Positions 12,213 through 20,584 of a stretch of 64,000 nt of DNA are shown here, in pieces. Position 1 is the first letter of the stretch, and every line of letters begins with the position of its first letter. The translations under genes were made by a program, and so were the position numbers. Source of the stretch: an uncultured candidatus Brocadiaceae bacterium (GTDB lineage: Bacteria > Planctomycetota > UBA1135 > UBA2386); NCBI GenBank assembly GCA_964392305.1, contig CAYMPV010000008.1:1-64000 (forward strand). Reading direction: 5' to 3'. Under the pieces are notes generated by a model. It had not been told where the DNA came from. It saw only the letters and a list, made by a program, of their open reading frames with translations, and ran no database searches.

Positions 12213-13672
12213 CGGGCCTCCGCGACCACGGGCCGGCTGCCGAGCACGTTGTTCACCAGGGGCCGCAGCGTCTTCTCGGACAGGCGCTGCGCCACCGGGT
12301 TGCGCAGCGGTTGCCCGGGCCATCGCAGCAGCTGCACCGCGAGGTCGCGCGCGAGCCAGCGCGGATCGGCGGCCACGGCGGAGGCGGCGAGTTCGAGTTC
12401 TCGGCCCAGGGCCTGCACTTCGGCTTCACTCGGCCCTTCCTTGGCGGCGTCGCGGCAAGCCTGCAGCACGGCATCGGCGAGGTCCTTGGTGTCGTTGCTG
12501 CTCAATTCGACGAGCAGCAGGCCAGCCGTGCCGAATGCCGGCGGCCACGGCGCCGTGGCGCGCACCGCGACGCCATCGCGGCCGGCGCGGCGCAGCGCCA
12601 GCGGTATGCGTCCCTCGGGACCCGCGAGCCAGCTCGCCAGCGCATTGAGCACCAAGGGGTCCTGACCCGGCGGCAGTTGCCAGGCGATCGCGACCAGCGG
12701 TTCCCGGCTGCCGGGAACGGTCGAGCGACGTTCGCTGGCGATCGCGCGCATCGCCGCCGGCACGGTCGGTTCGGGCGCTGGCAGCGCCGTGGTGGCGAAC
12801 TTGCGTTCGAGCAGGCTGCGCAGCGCCGCAGGCGCAAAACCGCCGATCAGCACATGCACGCTGCGGCTGGGATGCTGGGTGCGGGCCCAGGCGGCGAGCG
12901 CCTGCGCGCGCCGTGGTGAGCTCACACCGGGACGCTCGAAGGCGCGAATCGCCGGGTGGCCCGGCAGCGCCAGGTTGAGCAGTTCGGTGTAGACCGCGTT
13001 GCGTGGGTTGGCGTCGAAGGCGCGTTGGCGCGTCGTGAGCTCGTCGGCCCAGACCTGCGGCAGCGCGCGCAACACCTGCTGCTCACGGCGCTCGAGGATC
13101 AGGTCGCTGACGTCGCCGAGGGCCTCGGGCACCGTGGTCATCTGCAGCACGGTCGCGGGACCGACCGACAACACCTCGGGCCGATTCACGGGCAGCGCCG
13201 CCAACACGCGGCGGAACACCGCCGTGTCGCCGAGCTGATCGCATTCGGTCTTGGCCGCGAGCAGTTCGGCCTGGGCCTCCTGGCTGCCCTTGGTCGCGAA
13301 GATCTGGCCCCAGGCGACGTCGAGCCGATCGAGGGCGGCACGTTCGCGAGCGGCATCGACGCTGCCGGTGGTCCAGGTGCCACCGAGCGAGGCGATGGCG
13401 ACCGTCACCGCCAGCCCTTCGAGTCCGGGCGGGTCCTCGGCGGGATCGGCCGGGGTGGCGATGGTCCACTCGACGTGGCGCATCGTCGGATCGGCGATCA
13501 GCACGAACCGGCTGCCGTCCGGGGTGCGGAAGTCCAGGCTCGCCGGGGCGCGTTCGGTCGGGTCACGTTCGGTCGGGTCACGTTCCGTCGGGTCACCTTG
13601 TGCGACGAGCCCGGGCGACATGGCGAGGGTGAGCAAGGCAGCCAGCATCACGCGGCTAGGCGCTGGCAGCAT
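12206..13672 (-). CDS. secreted inactive M16 peptidase-family homologue (partner of the downstream gene)
   Basis: Signal peptide MLPAPSRVMLAALLTLAMS. M16 N/C domain pattern without HxxEH. Overlaps the downstream M16 gene by a few nt, suggesting translational coupling. Confidence 0.6.
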   Translation of the reverse strand: MLPAPSRVMLAALLTLAMSPGLVAQGDPTERDPTERDPTERAPASLDFRTPDGSRFVLIADPTMRHVEWTIATPADPAEDPPGLEGLAVTVAIASLGGTWTTGSVDAARERAALDRLDVAWGQIFATKGSQEAQAELLAAKTECDQLGDTAVFRRVLAALPVNRPEVLSVGPATVLQMTTVPEALGDVSDLILERREQQVLRALPQVWADELTTRQRAFDANPRNAVYTELLNLALPGHPAIRAFERPGVSSPRRAQALAAWARTQHPSRSVHVLIGGFAPAALRSLLERKFATTALPAPEPTVPAAMRAIASERRSTVPGSREPLVAIAWQLPPGQDPLVLNALASWLAGPEGRIPLALRRAGRDGVAVRATAPWPPAFGTAGLLLVELSSNDTKDLADAVLQACRDAAKEGPSEAEVQALGRELELAASAVAADPRWLARDLAVQLLRWPGQPLRNPVAQRLSEKTLRPLVNNVLGSRPVVAEARR

Positions 13673-14570
13673 CGTCGCCGGACTCTCCTCGGTCGGTGCG
13701 TCGCCTGAAGGACTCGTTGCGTTCGCCATCCGGGCCCGATTCCGACAGGTCGGCGTCGGCCAGCTTGTGGTGCCGTCCCGCGCGCGGGCTGCAGACGCCG
13801 CGCTTGCTGCTGCTGATGAAGTCGACGATCTCGGTGCACACCGGATCGCGGTTGAGCGTGCTCGTGCGCAGCAGTTCGAGGCGCTGATGCAAGGTCGTGC
13901 CCGTGCGCCAGAACAACAGGCGGAAGACGCGTTTGACCAGCGCCTTCTGTTCCGCGGTGTAGCCGTTGCGGTGCATGCCGACGAGGTTGACGGCGACGAG
14001 CTTGGCGCGGTCGCCCTGGATCATCGCGAACGGTGGGGCGTCGTGCGACACCATCGCACCGGCGCCGATCATCGCCAGCTTGCCGACGCGCGCGAATTGG
14101 TGGATGCCGACCATCGCGCCGAGGATGGCGCGATCACCGATCCAGGTGTGGCCCGCGGCCATCGCGCCGTTGGTGAAGACGATGTTGTTGCCGACCGTGG
14201 CGTCGTGGCCGATGTGCGAGCCGACCAGCAGCATGTTGTGGTCGCCGATCAGGGTCTCGCCGCCGCCGAACGCGGTGCCACCGTGGATGGTGACGTGCTC
14301 GCGGATGCGGTTGTGGTTGCCGATGCGCAGGCGGCCGGGGCGATCGCCGGGCTTGAGCTTCTTGTCCTGGGGATGACAGCCGATCACGGCGAACGGATAG
14401 ACCTCGCAGTCTTCGCCGAGCCAGGTGTCACCGTCGATGACGACGTGCGCGTGCAACCGCGTCCTGGCGCCAAGACGGACCTGTGGACCGACCGTACAGT
14501 ACGGTCCGATCTCGACATCGTTCGCCAAGACGGCGCTGTCGGCGACAATCGCAGTAGGGTGAATGCCCAT
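13656..14570 (-). CDS. lpxA: acyl-ACP--UDP-N-acetylglucosamine O-acyltransferase
   Basis: MGIHPTAIVADSAVLANDVEIGPYCTVG... hexapeptide LbH repeats and the LpxA C-terminal helical domain. Start moved to the conserved MGIHPT. No fabZ/lpxB neighbours. Confidence 0.85.
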   Translation of the reverse strand: MGIHPTAIVADSAVLANDVEIGPYCTVGPQVRLGARTRLHAHVVIDGDTWLGEDCEVYPFAVIGCHPQDKKLKPGDRPGRLRIGNHNRIREHVTIHGGTAFGGGETLIGDHNMLLVGSHIGHDATVGNNIVFTNGAMAAGHTWIGDRAILGAMVGIHQFARVGKLAMIGAGAMVSHDAPPFAMIQGDRAKLVAVNLVGMHRNGYTAEQKALVKRVFRLLFWRTGTTLHQRLELLRTSTLNRDPVCTEIVDFISSSKRGVCSPRAGRHHKLADADLSESGPDGERNESFRRRTDRGESGDDAASA

Positions 14571-14826
14571 CGAGGGGGTAGGCGTGGAGCCGCTGATGCG
14601 GCGACTCCTGTTGGCAATGTCTACCCGAGGCCGACCGCAGACGCTACCCTTCGGCCCGCCACAGGTCGGAGCCGACGCTGGGTTTCCGTCGCGACGGGGC
14701 CATGCGGACGGAGCTTCGCTTGGGCCTTCCCGAAACGAGATCCATGGCTGTTTCGTCGCCCTTCCGCCCGCGGTCCCTTCCCGGTCTGCAGTCCTCGTGC
14801 CAGGCGGTTCGTCCGGGAGGCTGGCG

Positions 14827-16548
14827 ATGACCCGCGTGCGCGGTGAATCGGTCGCCCCGGGCGTGGCCGTGGGGCCGATCGTGATGCGCGGCTTCGCCGA
14901 CGCGACCGCCGGTCGCCGGATCGCCGCCGACGAGGTCGAGACGCAGCTCAACCAGCTGCGCACGGCCCTGGCCGCGAGCCGCACCCAGATCGAGGAGATC
15001 AAGAACAAGCAGCAGGGCAGCCTGGGCGAAGCCGAGCTGCGCATCTTCGACGCGCATCACGCCTACCTGGGCGACCCGATGTTCGTCAGTGAGATCGAGG
15101 CCCAGGTCCTGCAGGAACGGCTGTCGGTGCGCGAGGCGGTGCGGGTCGTGTTCGACAAGTACGATCGCATCTTCACCCTGGTCGAGAGCGACATGCTGCG
15201 TCGGCGGGCCAGCGACCTGCGCGACGTGGCGACACGTCTGTTGCGCAACCTCGAGGTCGACTCGGCCACCCTGGCGGGCGCCGTGCCTGCGGGGCCCTAC
15301 ATCCTCGCCGCGCGCAAGCTGACCACGGCCGACATGTTCAACCTCGACAACGAGAAGGTCGAGGGCATCGTCGCCGAAGAGGGGGGCATGAGCTCGCACG
15401 CGGCGATCCTGGCGCGCGGCATGGGCATCCCCACGGTGACCGGCATCCGCGACCTGACCAAGTTGCTGCGCGCCGGCGACGTCGTCGTGCTCGACGCGTC
15501 GGCCGGTGAGCTGGTGACCTCTCCCGACGAGGACGAACTCGCCGAAGCGACCGCCGCCGCGCAGCGGTGGTTGGCCAGCAAGACCGATGCGCCGACGCCC
15601 GAGTCGACGCACCATCAGTCGCGCGACGGCACCCCGATCCGTCTGCTCGGCTCGTGCGGCAGTGCCGGCGAGGCCGACCTCGTGCGCACTTTCGGCATGG
15701 AAGGCATCGGCGTGTTCCGCACCGAGCTGCAGTTCCTCGTCGACAAGGGGCATCCCGCCGAAGACGACCTGGTGCGCAGCTACCGCCACGTCATCGACAC
15801 GATGCCGGGCCAGCCGGTGTCGTTCCGGCTGCTCGACGTCGCTGCGGCGACGTTGGCACCTGACGCACGCCATCAGGAACGCAACCCGGCGATGGGCAAA
15901 CGCGGCGTGCGCGGCCTGCTCGCCAACCAACAGGTGCTGCGGCTGCAGTTGCGCGCGATCCTGCGCGCCGCGGCGGGCTGCGACCAGATCAGCGTGCTGG
16001 TGCCGTTCGTGACCGGTCAGAGCGACCTGCAGCGGGTGCGTTCGGCGCTGCTCGAAGAACGCGTGGCGCTGATGAAGGCCGGCATCGCCTGCGCCGACGG
16101 GCTGGCGTTGGCGCCGATCATCGAGGTGCCGGCCGCGGCGATGTCGCTCGGCGCGCTGCTCAACGAGTCCGACTTCGCGGTGGTGGCGATCGACGACCTG
16201 CAGGCGCTGCTGCTCGCGGCCGACCGCGACAACACCAGCGTGCGTGAGTATCACGAACTGGTGCACCCGGGTGTGTTCGAGATCCTCGCCCGCATGGCCA
16301 AGGACGCCGAACGGCGCAAGAAGCCGCTGATCTTGTTCGGCGAGAGCGCCGCCGACCCGGTGCGCATGCCGTTCTATCTCGGTGTCGGTTACCGCAGCTT
16401 CTCGATCGCGCCGGTGCGGCTGCGCGGCGTGACCAAGGTGCTGGCGCGATACACGATCGAGGAGTGCCGGCGCATCGCCGCGCGCATCCTCGAGGCGCCG
16501 CGCTCGCTCGACGTGCAGAAGGTGCTCGTCAATCTCGATCTGGAGTGA
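14827..16548 (+). CDS. ptsI: phosphoenolpyruvate-protein phosphotransferase (PTS enzyme I)
   Basis: About 574 aa from MTRVRGESVAPGVAVGPIV. PEP-utilizer His region GGMSSHAAILARGMGIPTV. C-terminal PEP-binding TIM barrel. No GAF N-terminus, so EI rather than PtsP. Confidence 0.85.
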   Translation: MTRVRGESVAPGVAVGPIVMRGFADATAGRRIAADEVETQLNQLRTALAASRTQIEEIKNKQQGSLGEAELRIFDAHHAYLGDPMFVSEIEAQVLQERLSVREAVRVVFDKYDRIFTLVESDMLRRRASDLRDVATRLLRNLEVDSATLAGAVPAGPYILAARKLTTADMFNLDNEKVEGIVAEEGGMSSHAAILARGMGIPTVTGIRDLTKLLRAGDVVVLDASAGELVTSPDEDELAEATAAAQRWLASKTDAPTPESTHHQSRDGTPIRLLGSCGSAGEADLVRTFGMEGIGVFRTELQFLVDKGHPAEDDLVRSYRHVIDTMPGQPVSFRLLDVAAATLAPDARHQERNPAMGKRGVRGLLANQQVLRLQLRAILRAAAGCDQISVLVPFVTGQSDLQRVRSALLEERVALMKAGIACADGLALAPIIEVPAAAMSLGALLNESDFAVVAIDDLQALLLAADRDNTSVREYHELVHPGVFEILARMAKDAERRKKPLILFGESAADPVRMPFYLGVGYRSFSIAPVRLRGVTKVLARYTIEECRRIAARILEAPRSLDVQKVLVNLDLE

Positions 16549-17119
16549 CCCGATCGGGCGCGTCCGGCGCCGGCACCGCGCGCTGCTCGAGGGGCGTGTG
16601 GATCGGCCCACCGGGCCGCAACTCGCTGGCGTAGAGCGTCAGCGACGTCGCCGCGAACGGTTTGTCGCGCAGCTTGCCGCCGACCTGCGCCAGCGCATCG
16701 ACGAGGGCCAGTGCCCCGAACGGGCTCTTGACGCGCCCCAAGGTCACGTGCGGCACGAACGGCCGTTTCTCGCGCGGTACGCCGCAGGCTTCACCGCGCG
16801 CGACCAGGTCTTCTTGCAGTGTGGTCAACGCGGCGACGTCGCCGCCGAGCGCGGCCCAGACCACACGCGGCTCACCGCGCGGCGGGAAGTGTCCGAGTCC
16901 GCTCAACGACAACGACAGCGGCGGCAAGACCACGTCGCGCACCGCGGCGCGCAGGCCGTCGACCGAAGCGTCTTCGAGCTCGCCCGCGAACAGCAGCGTC
17001 AGATGCAGCTGATGTGCCGGTACCCACTTCACGTCGCCCTTACCGCGCAACTGCGCCGGCAGACCCGCGAGGTAGTTGCAGACGGGCTTGGGGAGGTCGA
17101 TGGCGACGAAGCAACGCAC
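16529..17119 (-). CDS. thpR: RNA 2',3'-cyclic phosphodiesterase (2H phosphoesterase)
   Basis: Two H-x-T-x motifs (HLTLLF and HVTLGR) at the expected spacing. Confidence 0.8.
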   Translation of the reverse strand: MRCFVAIDLPKPVCNYLAGLPAQLRGKGDVKWVPAHQLHLTLLFAGELEDASVDGLRAAVRDVVLPPLSLSLSGLGHFPPRGEPRVVWAALGGDVAALTTLQEDLVARGEACGVPREKRPFVPHVTLGRVKSPFGALALVDALAQVGGKLRDKPFAATSLTLYASELRPGGPIHTPLEQRAVPAPDAPDRVTPDRD

Positions 17120-17130
17120 CGCCGCATGCT

Positions 17131-17297
17131 AGGAGTCTGGGACACGGAAGCACAGGGCGCATTGCACCCGCCGCCCGCCCCTGCTCGCGCCGTCGAAGCC
17201 TCGCCGAATCGGCTGGATTCGCCTGCGTTTCGCCGCCGCGACCAGAGACAGGCTGCAGGCACACTGCATCCCAGCCTCCCGTGTCCCAGACTCCTAG
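17131..17297. repeat. 167-bp intergenic element bounded by perfect 19-bp terminal inverted repeats (MITE-like, or a long regulatory hairpin)
   Basis: CTAGGAGTCTGGGACACGG at 17131-17149 and its exact reverse complement CCGTGTCCCAGACTCCTAG at 17279-17297. The interior holds further short inverted repeats (CGAATCGGCTGGATTCG). Lies between the divergent thpR and phzF starts. Confidence 0.5.
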
Positions 17298-17330
17298 GAC
17301 CGGTGCGTTGCAGCTCCTACAACGGCGTGA

Positions 17331-18136
17331 TGACGACCGTGCCCTGCTTCCACGTCGACGCGTTCGCGTCGGCGCCGTTCACCGGCAACCCCGCCGCCGT
17401 CTGCCTGCTCACGGCGCCGCGGCCGGCGAAGTGGATGCAGAACGTCGCCGCCGAGATGAACCTGTCGGAGACCGCGTTCGTGACGCCGCGCCGCAGCGGC
17501 TTCGCGTTGCGCTGGTTCACTCCCGAGGTCGAGGTCGAGTTGTGTGGTCACGCGACCCTGGCGACCGCACACGTGTTGTGGAGCGAAGGGCTCGCGCCGG
17601 CCAAGGCGGTGCTGCGCTTCGCCACCAAGGGCGGCCTCCTGACCGCGGCGCGACGTGGTGAACGTATCGAACTCGACTTCCCGGCGCGGCCGGCGCGGAT
17701 CGCCAAGGGCCCCGCGGCGTTGGCCGAGGTGCTCGGCCAGCGGCCGGTGGCCGTGGCCAGGGCCGCCGATGACCTGCTGGTCGAACTGGCGTCCGAGCAG
17801 GCCGTGCGCAAGCTGCAGCCGGACCTCGCGGCGCTCGGCAAGTTGAAGGTGCGCGGCGTGATCGTCACCGCGGCCGCGACTGGCCGCCGCCACGACTTCG
17901 TGTCGCGCTTCTTCGCGCCCGCGGTCGGCGTGCCCGAAGACCCGGTCACGGGTTCGGCGCACTGCGCGTTGGCGCCGTGGTGGAGCAAGAAGCTAGGCAA
18001 GCAGGTGCTGCGCGGTCATCAGGTGTCCACGCGCGGCGGTGAAGTCGAGGTCGAGGTGGTTGGGGATCGGGTGCTGCTGCGCGGGACGGCCGTCACGGTG
18101 GTGCGCGGTGAGTTGGTGGTTTCGCGGGACGGGTAG
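17331..18136 (+). CDS. PhzF-family epimerase/isomerase
   Basis: MTTVPCFHVDAFASAPFTGNPAAV... and the C-terminal ...DPVTGSAHCALAPWW PhzF signature. Confidence 0.8.
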
Positions 18137-18149
18137 ACCTGGATTGCGG

Positions 18150-19322
18150 TCAGGAGGCGTCCGTGTTGCCTGGGCCAAGGTTGGCATCGTTGATCTGGCG
18201 CAGCGGCAGGGCCGTGATGCGCGGCGTCAGGGGGTAGCGTTCCTTGCCGGGGTAGACGACGAAGAGATGCTCAAGGCCCAGGTCTTCGCCGGCGATGTGC
18301 ATCGACTTGGTCGTTTTCGGCGCGTCCGTGCACTTGAACTCGAAGCCCCAGCGCCGCCCGTTACGCAGCAACAGCAAGTCGAGCTCGGCACCTCGTTGCG
18401 TGCTCCAGAAGTAGGCGTCCCGCTCGCCGTGCGCGACGAGGGTCTGCTCGAGCGCGAAGCCTTCCCAGCTCGCGCCATATCGAGGGTTAGCACGAAGGCT
18501 CGCGAGGTCCGGAACGCCGAGGAAGTGGTGCAGCAACCCGCTGTCCCGCAGGTAGACCTTCGGCGACTTCACCTGGCGCTTCCCGACGTTTTCGTGCCAT
18601 GGCGGCAGCACTCGCACCATGAACGTGCCGGCGAGCAGGTCGCGATAGTGGTTCACGGTACTGGGGCCGCACGCCATCGATCGGCCCAGTTCGCTCGCGT
18701 TCCAAACCTGGCTGTGGTAGTGCGCGAGCATCGTCCAGAATCGACCGAGGGTAGCGGGCGCGACCCGCACGCCGAGTCCGGGGATGTCTCGCTCCAAGAA
18801 CGTCTGGCGGAATCCCTCCAGCCAACGATGCGCCGCCTCGTCGCTGGCGGCGAGGAGTGCCCGAGGGAAGCCCCCGCGTTGCCACAGCAGATCCTGGTCC
18901 TCGACTTCTGCGACCGACAGACCCGGCACTGGCACGAACTGCACTCGTCCCGCCAGCGACTCAGACACGCCCTTGACCAGATCGAGCGACACGCTGCCGA
19001 GCAGGAGGAACGTCGCGCGCCGATTCGGGTCATCACACAGGGGCCGCAGAATGGTGAAGAGCTCCGGCATGCGCTGCACTTCGTCGATCACGACCAGTCC
19101 CTCGAGCGCGCCAAGGGAGAGTTCCGGTGTCTTCTCCAGCGCAGCACGACTGGTGGGGCGCTCGAGATCGAAGACCGTGACCGGGCTTCGACCTTCGGCA
19201 ACCAGCGCGGCAAGGGTGGTCTTGCCAACCTGTCGGGCGCCGAGCAGGGCGACCACGGGCGACTCCTCCAGGCCGGTCTGAACCCGTCGGAAGAGCGACG
19301 ATCGGTCGACGTATTGTTGCAT
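18150..19322 (-). CDS. AAA-family ATPase with C-terminal DUF4143 (COG1373-type)
   Basis: Walker A LLGARQVGKTTL. DUF4143-like C-terminus. Visibly AT-richer start and upstream region (19323-19424). Confidence 0.75.
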   Translation of the reverse strand: MQQYVDRSSLFRRVQTGLEESPVVALLGARQVGKTTLAALVAEGRSPVTVFDLERPTSRAALEKTPELSLGALEGLVVIDEVQRMPELFTILRPLCDDPNRRATFLLLGSVSLDLVKGVSESLAGRVQFVPVPGLSVAEVEDQDLLWQRGGFPRALLAASDEAAHRWLEGFRQTFLERDIPGLGVRVAPATLGRFWTMLAHYHSQVWNASELGRSMACGPSTVNHYRDLLAGTFMVRVLPPWHENVGKRQVKSPKVYLRDSGLLHHFLGVPDLASLRANPRYGASWEGFALEQTLVAHGERDAYFWSTQRGAELDLLLLRNGRRWGFEFKCTDAPKTTKSMHIAGEDLGLEHLFVVYPGKERYPLTPRITALPLRQINDANLGPGNTDAS

Positions 19323-19424
19323 TTCCTCACACTACACGTCAATATACAACAATAGTCAAGGGAGACGCTGGTTGCTGATTCGGTCAACCGAACTATGTTG
19401 CAACCTCGCTTCCCGAGCCAAGCT

Positions 19425-20579
19425 TCAGAAGTAACGCAAGACGCTGTGCGGATGCCGCACCTTGAGGCGCCGGTACCACCGGCACACCGGGTAGAGCACG
19501 ACCACCACGACGAGCGTCGCCAGCAGCGCGTGGCGCAGACTGCCGCGTTGGTACCAGCCCAGACCATGGGCGGTGGCCTCGAGCAGCGCGAGGTGCGCGC
19601 AGTAGAAGAAGAACGCGGTCTGGCCGAAGACGAGCACCGGATGGTCGGGGCCGCTGATCGCGCCGCGCGCGGCATCGCGGCGGGCCAGCACGGCCAGGAG
19701 CACGAACATGATGCCCAGTTCGAGCGCGGCGAAGCTGAGGCTCGGCGGGTACTTGCTGACGTGCAACCACTGCACCAGCGAATCGTCGAGGCGCGGCAGG
19801 CCGAGGTTGCCGAAACCGTTGGCGCCGCGCACGACCACGAACAGGACCAGCAGCGCGACGCCCGTGAGCGCCAGCGGCCGCACGATCGGCTTGCCTTCGA
19901 GAACGTCGCCGCTGCCCGGTTGCCGCCGCAGCAACCAGCGCCCCATCACCCAACCGGCAGCCATCATCCCGCACCAGGGCAGCAGGGGGTAGACGCAGAT
20001 CACGCTCTCCATGCCCAGGACGGGGGTCGGCACGAGGCCGGCGTCGATCAACAGCGCCTGCGCGGCGGGCCGCCATTCGGCCGCCACCACCATCGACCCG
20101 GTGCGCGTGTACTCACCGACGATCAGGCAACCGAGGGCGAACACGAGCAGCACGGGATCGGGCAGCCGGCGCAGTCCGATCATGCACAGCATCGACACGC
20201 CGATCGCGTACATCACCTGCAGCAGCAGCATGCCGGGGAACCAGAACGCGTTGATGAACACCAGCTCGACGGCGACGAGCACGAGGCCGCGGATCAACAG
20301 GTCGCGATCGATGCTCACGCCGCTGGCGCCGCGTTCACGTTTGCGTTCGATGCTCAGCGCCAGGCTGGTGCCGGCGAGGAACAAGAACACCGGCGCGCAC
20401 AGGTGACTGAGCCAGCGGAACAGGAACTCGACCGGGTCCAGCGGCTCCTGCCAGTTGCCGAAGATCGCGCCGTCGGTCACGGGCCGTGCGCCGTTGAACG
20501 CATCGGACGCGTGGTCGGTGACCATGAGCACCATCACGATGCCGCGCATCCAATCCAGGGTTTGCAGGCGGTGCTTCAT
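19425..20579 (-). CDS. DUF1624 / heparan-alpha-glucosaminide N-acetyltransferase-like integral membrane protein
   Basis: LQTLDWMRGIVMVLMVTDHA N-terminal signature, about 10 TM helices. Confidence 0.6.
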   Translation of the reverse strand: MKHRLQTLDWMRGIVMVLMVTDHASDAFNGARPVTDGAIFGNWQEPLDPVEFLFRWLSHLCAPVFLFLAGTSLALSIERKRERGASGVSIDRDLLIRGLVLVAVELVFINAFWFPGMLLLQVMYAIGVSMLCMIGLRRLPDPVLLVFALGCLIVGEYTRTGSMVVAAEWRPAAQALLIDAGLVPTPVLGMESVICVYPLLPWCGMMAAGWVMGRWLLRRQPGSGDVLEGKPIVRPLALTGVALLVLFVVVRGANGFGNLGLPRLDDSLVQWLHVSKYPPSLSFAALELGIMFVLLAVLARRDAARGAISGPDHPVLVFGQTAFFFYCAHLALLEATAHGLGWYQRGSLRHALLATLVVVVVLYPVCRWYRRLKVRHPHSVLRYF

Positions 20580-20584
20580 GACGA

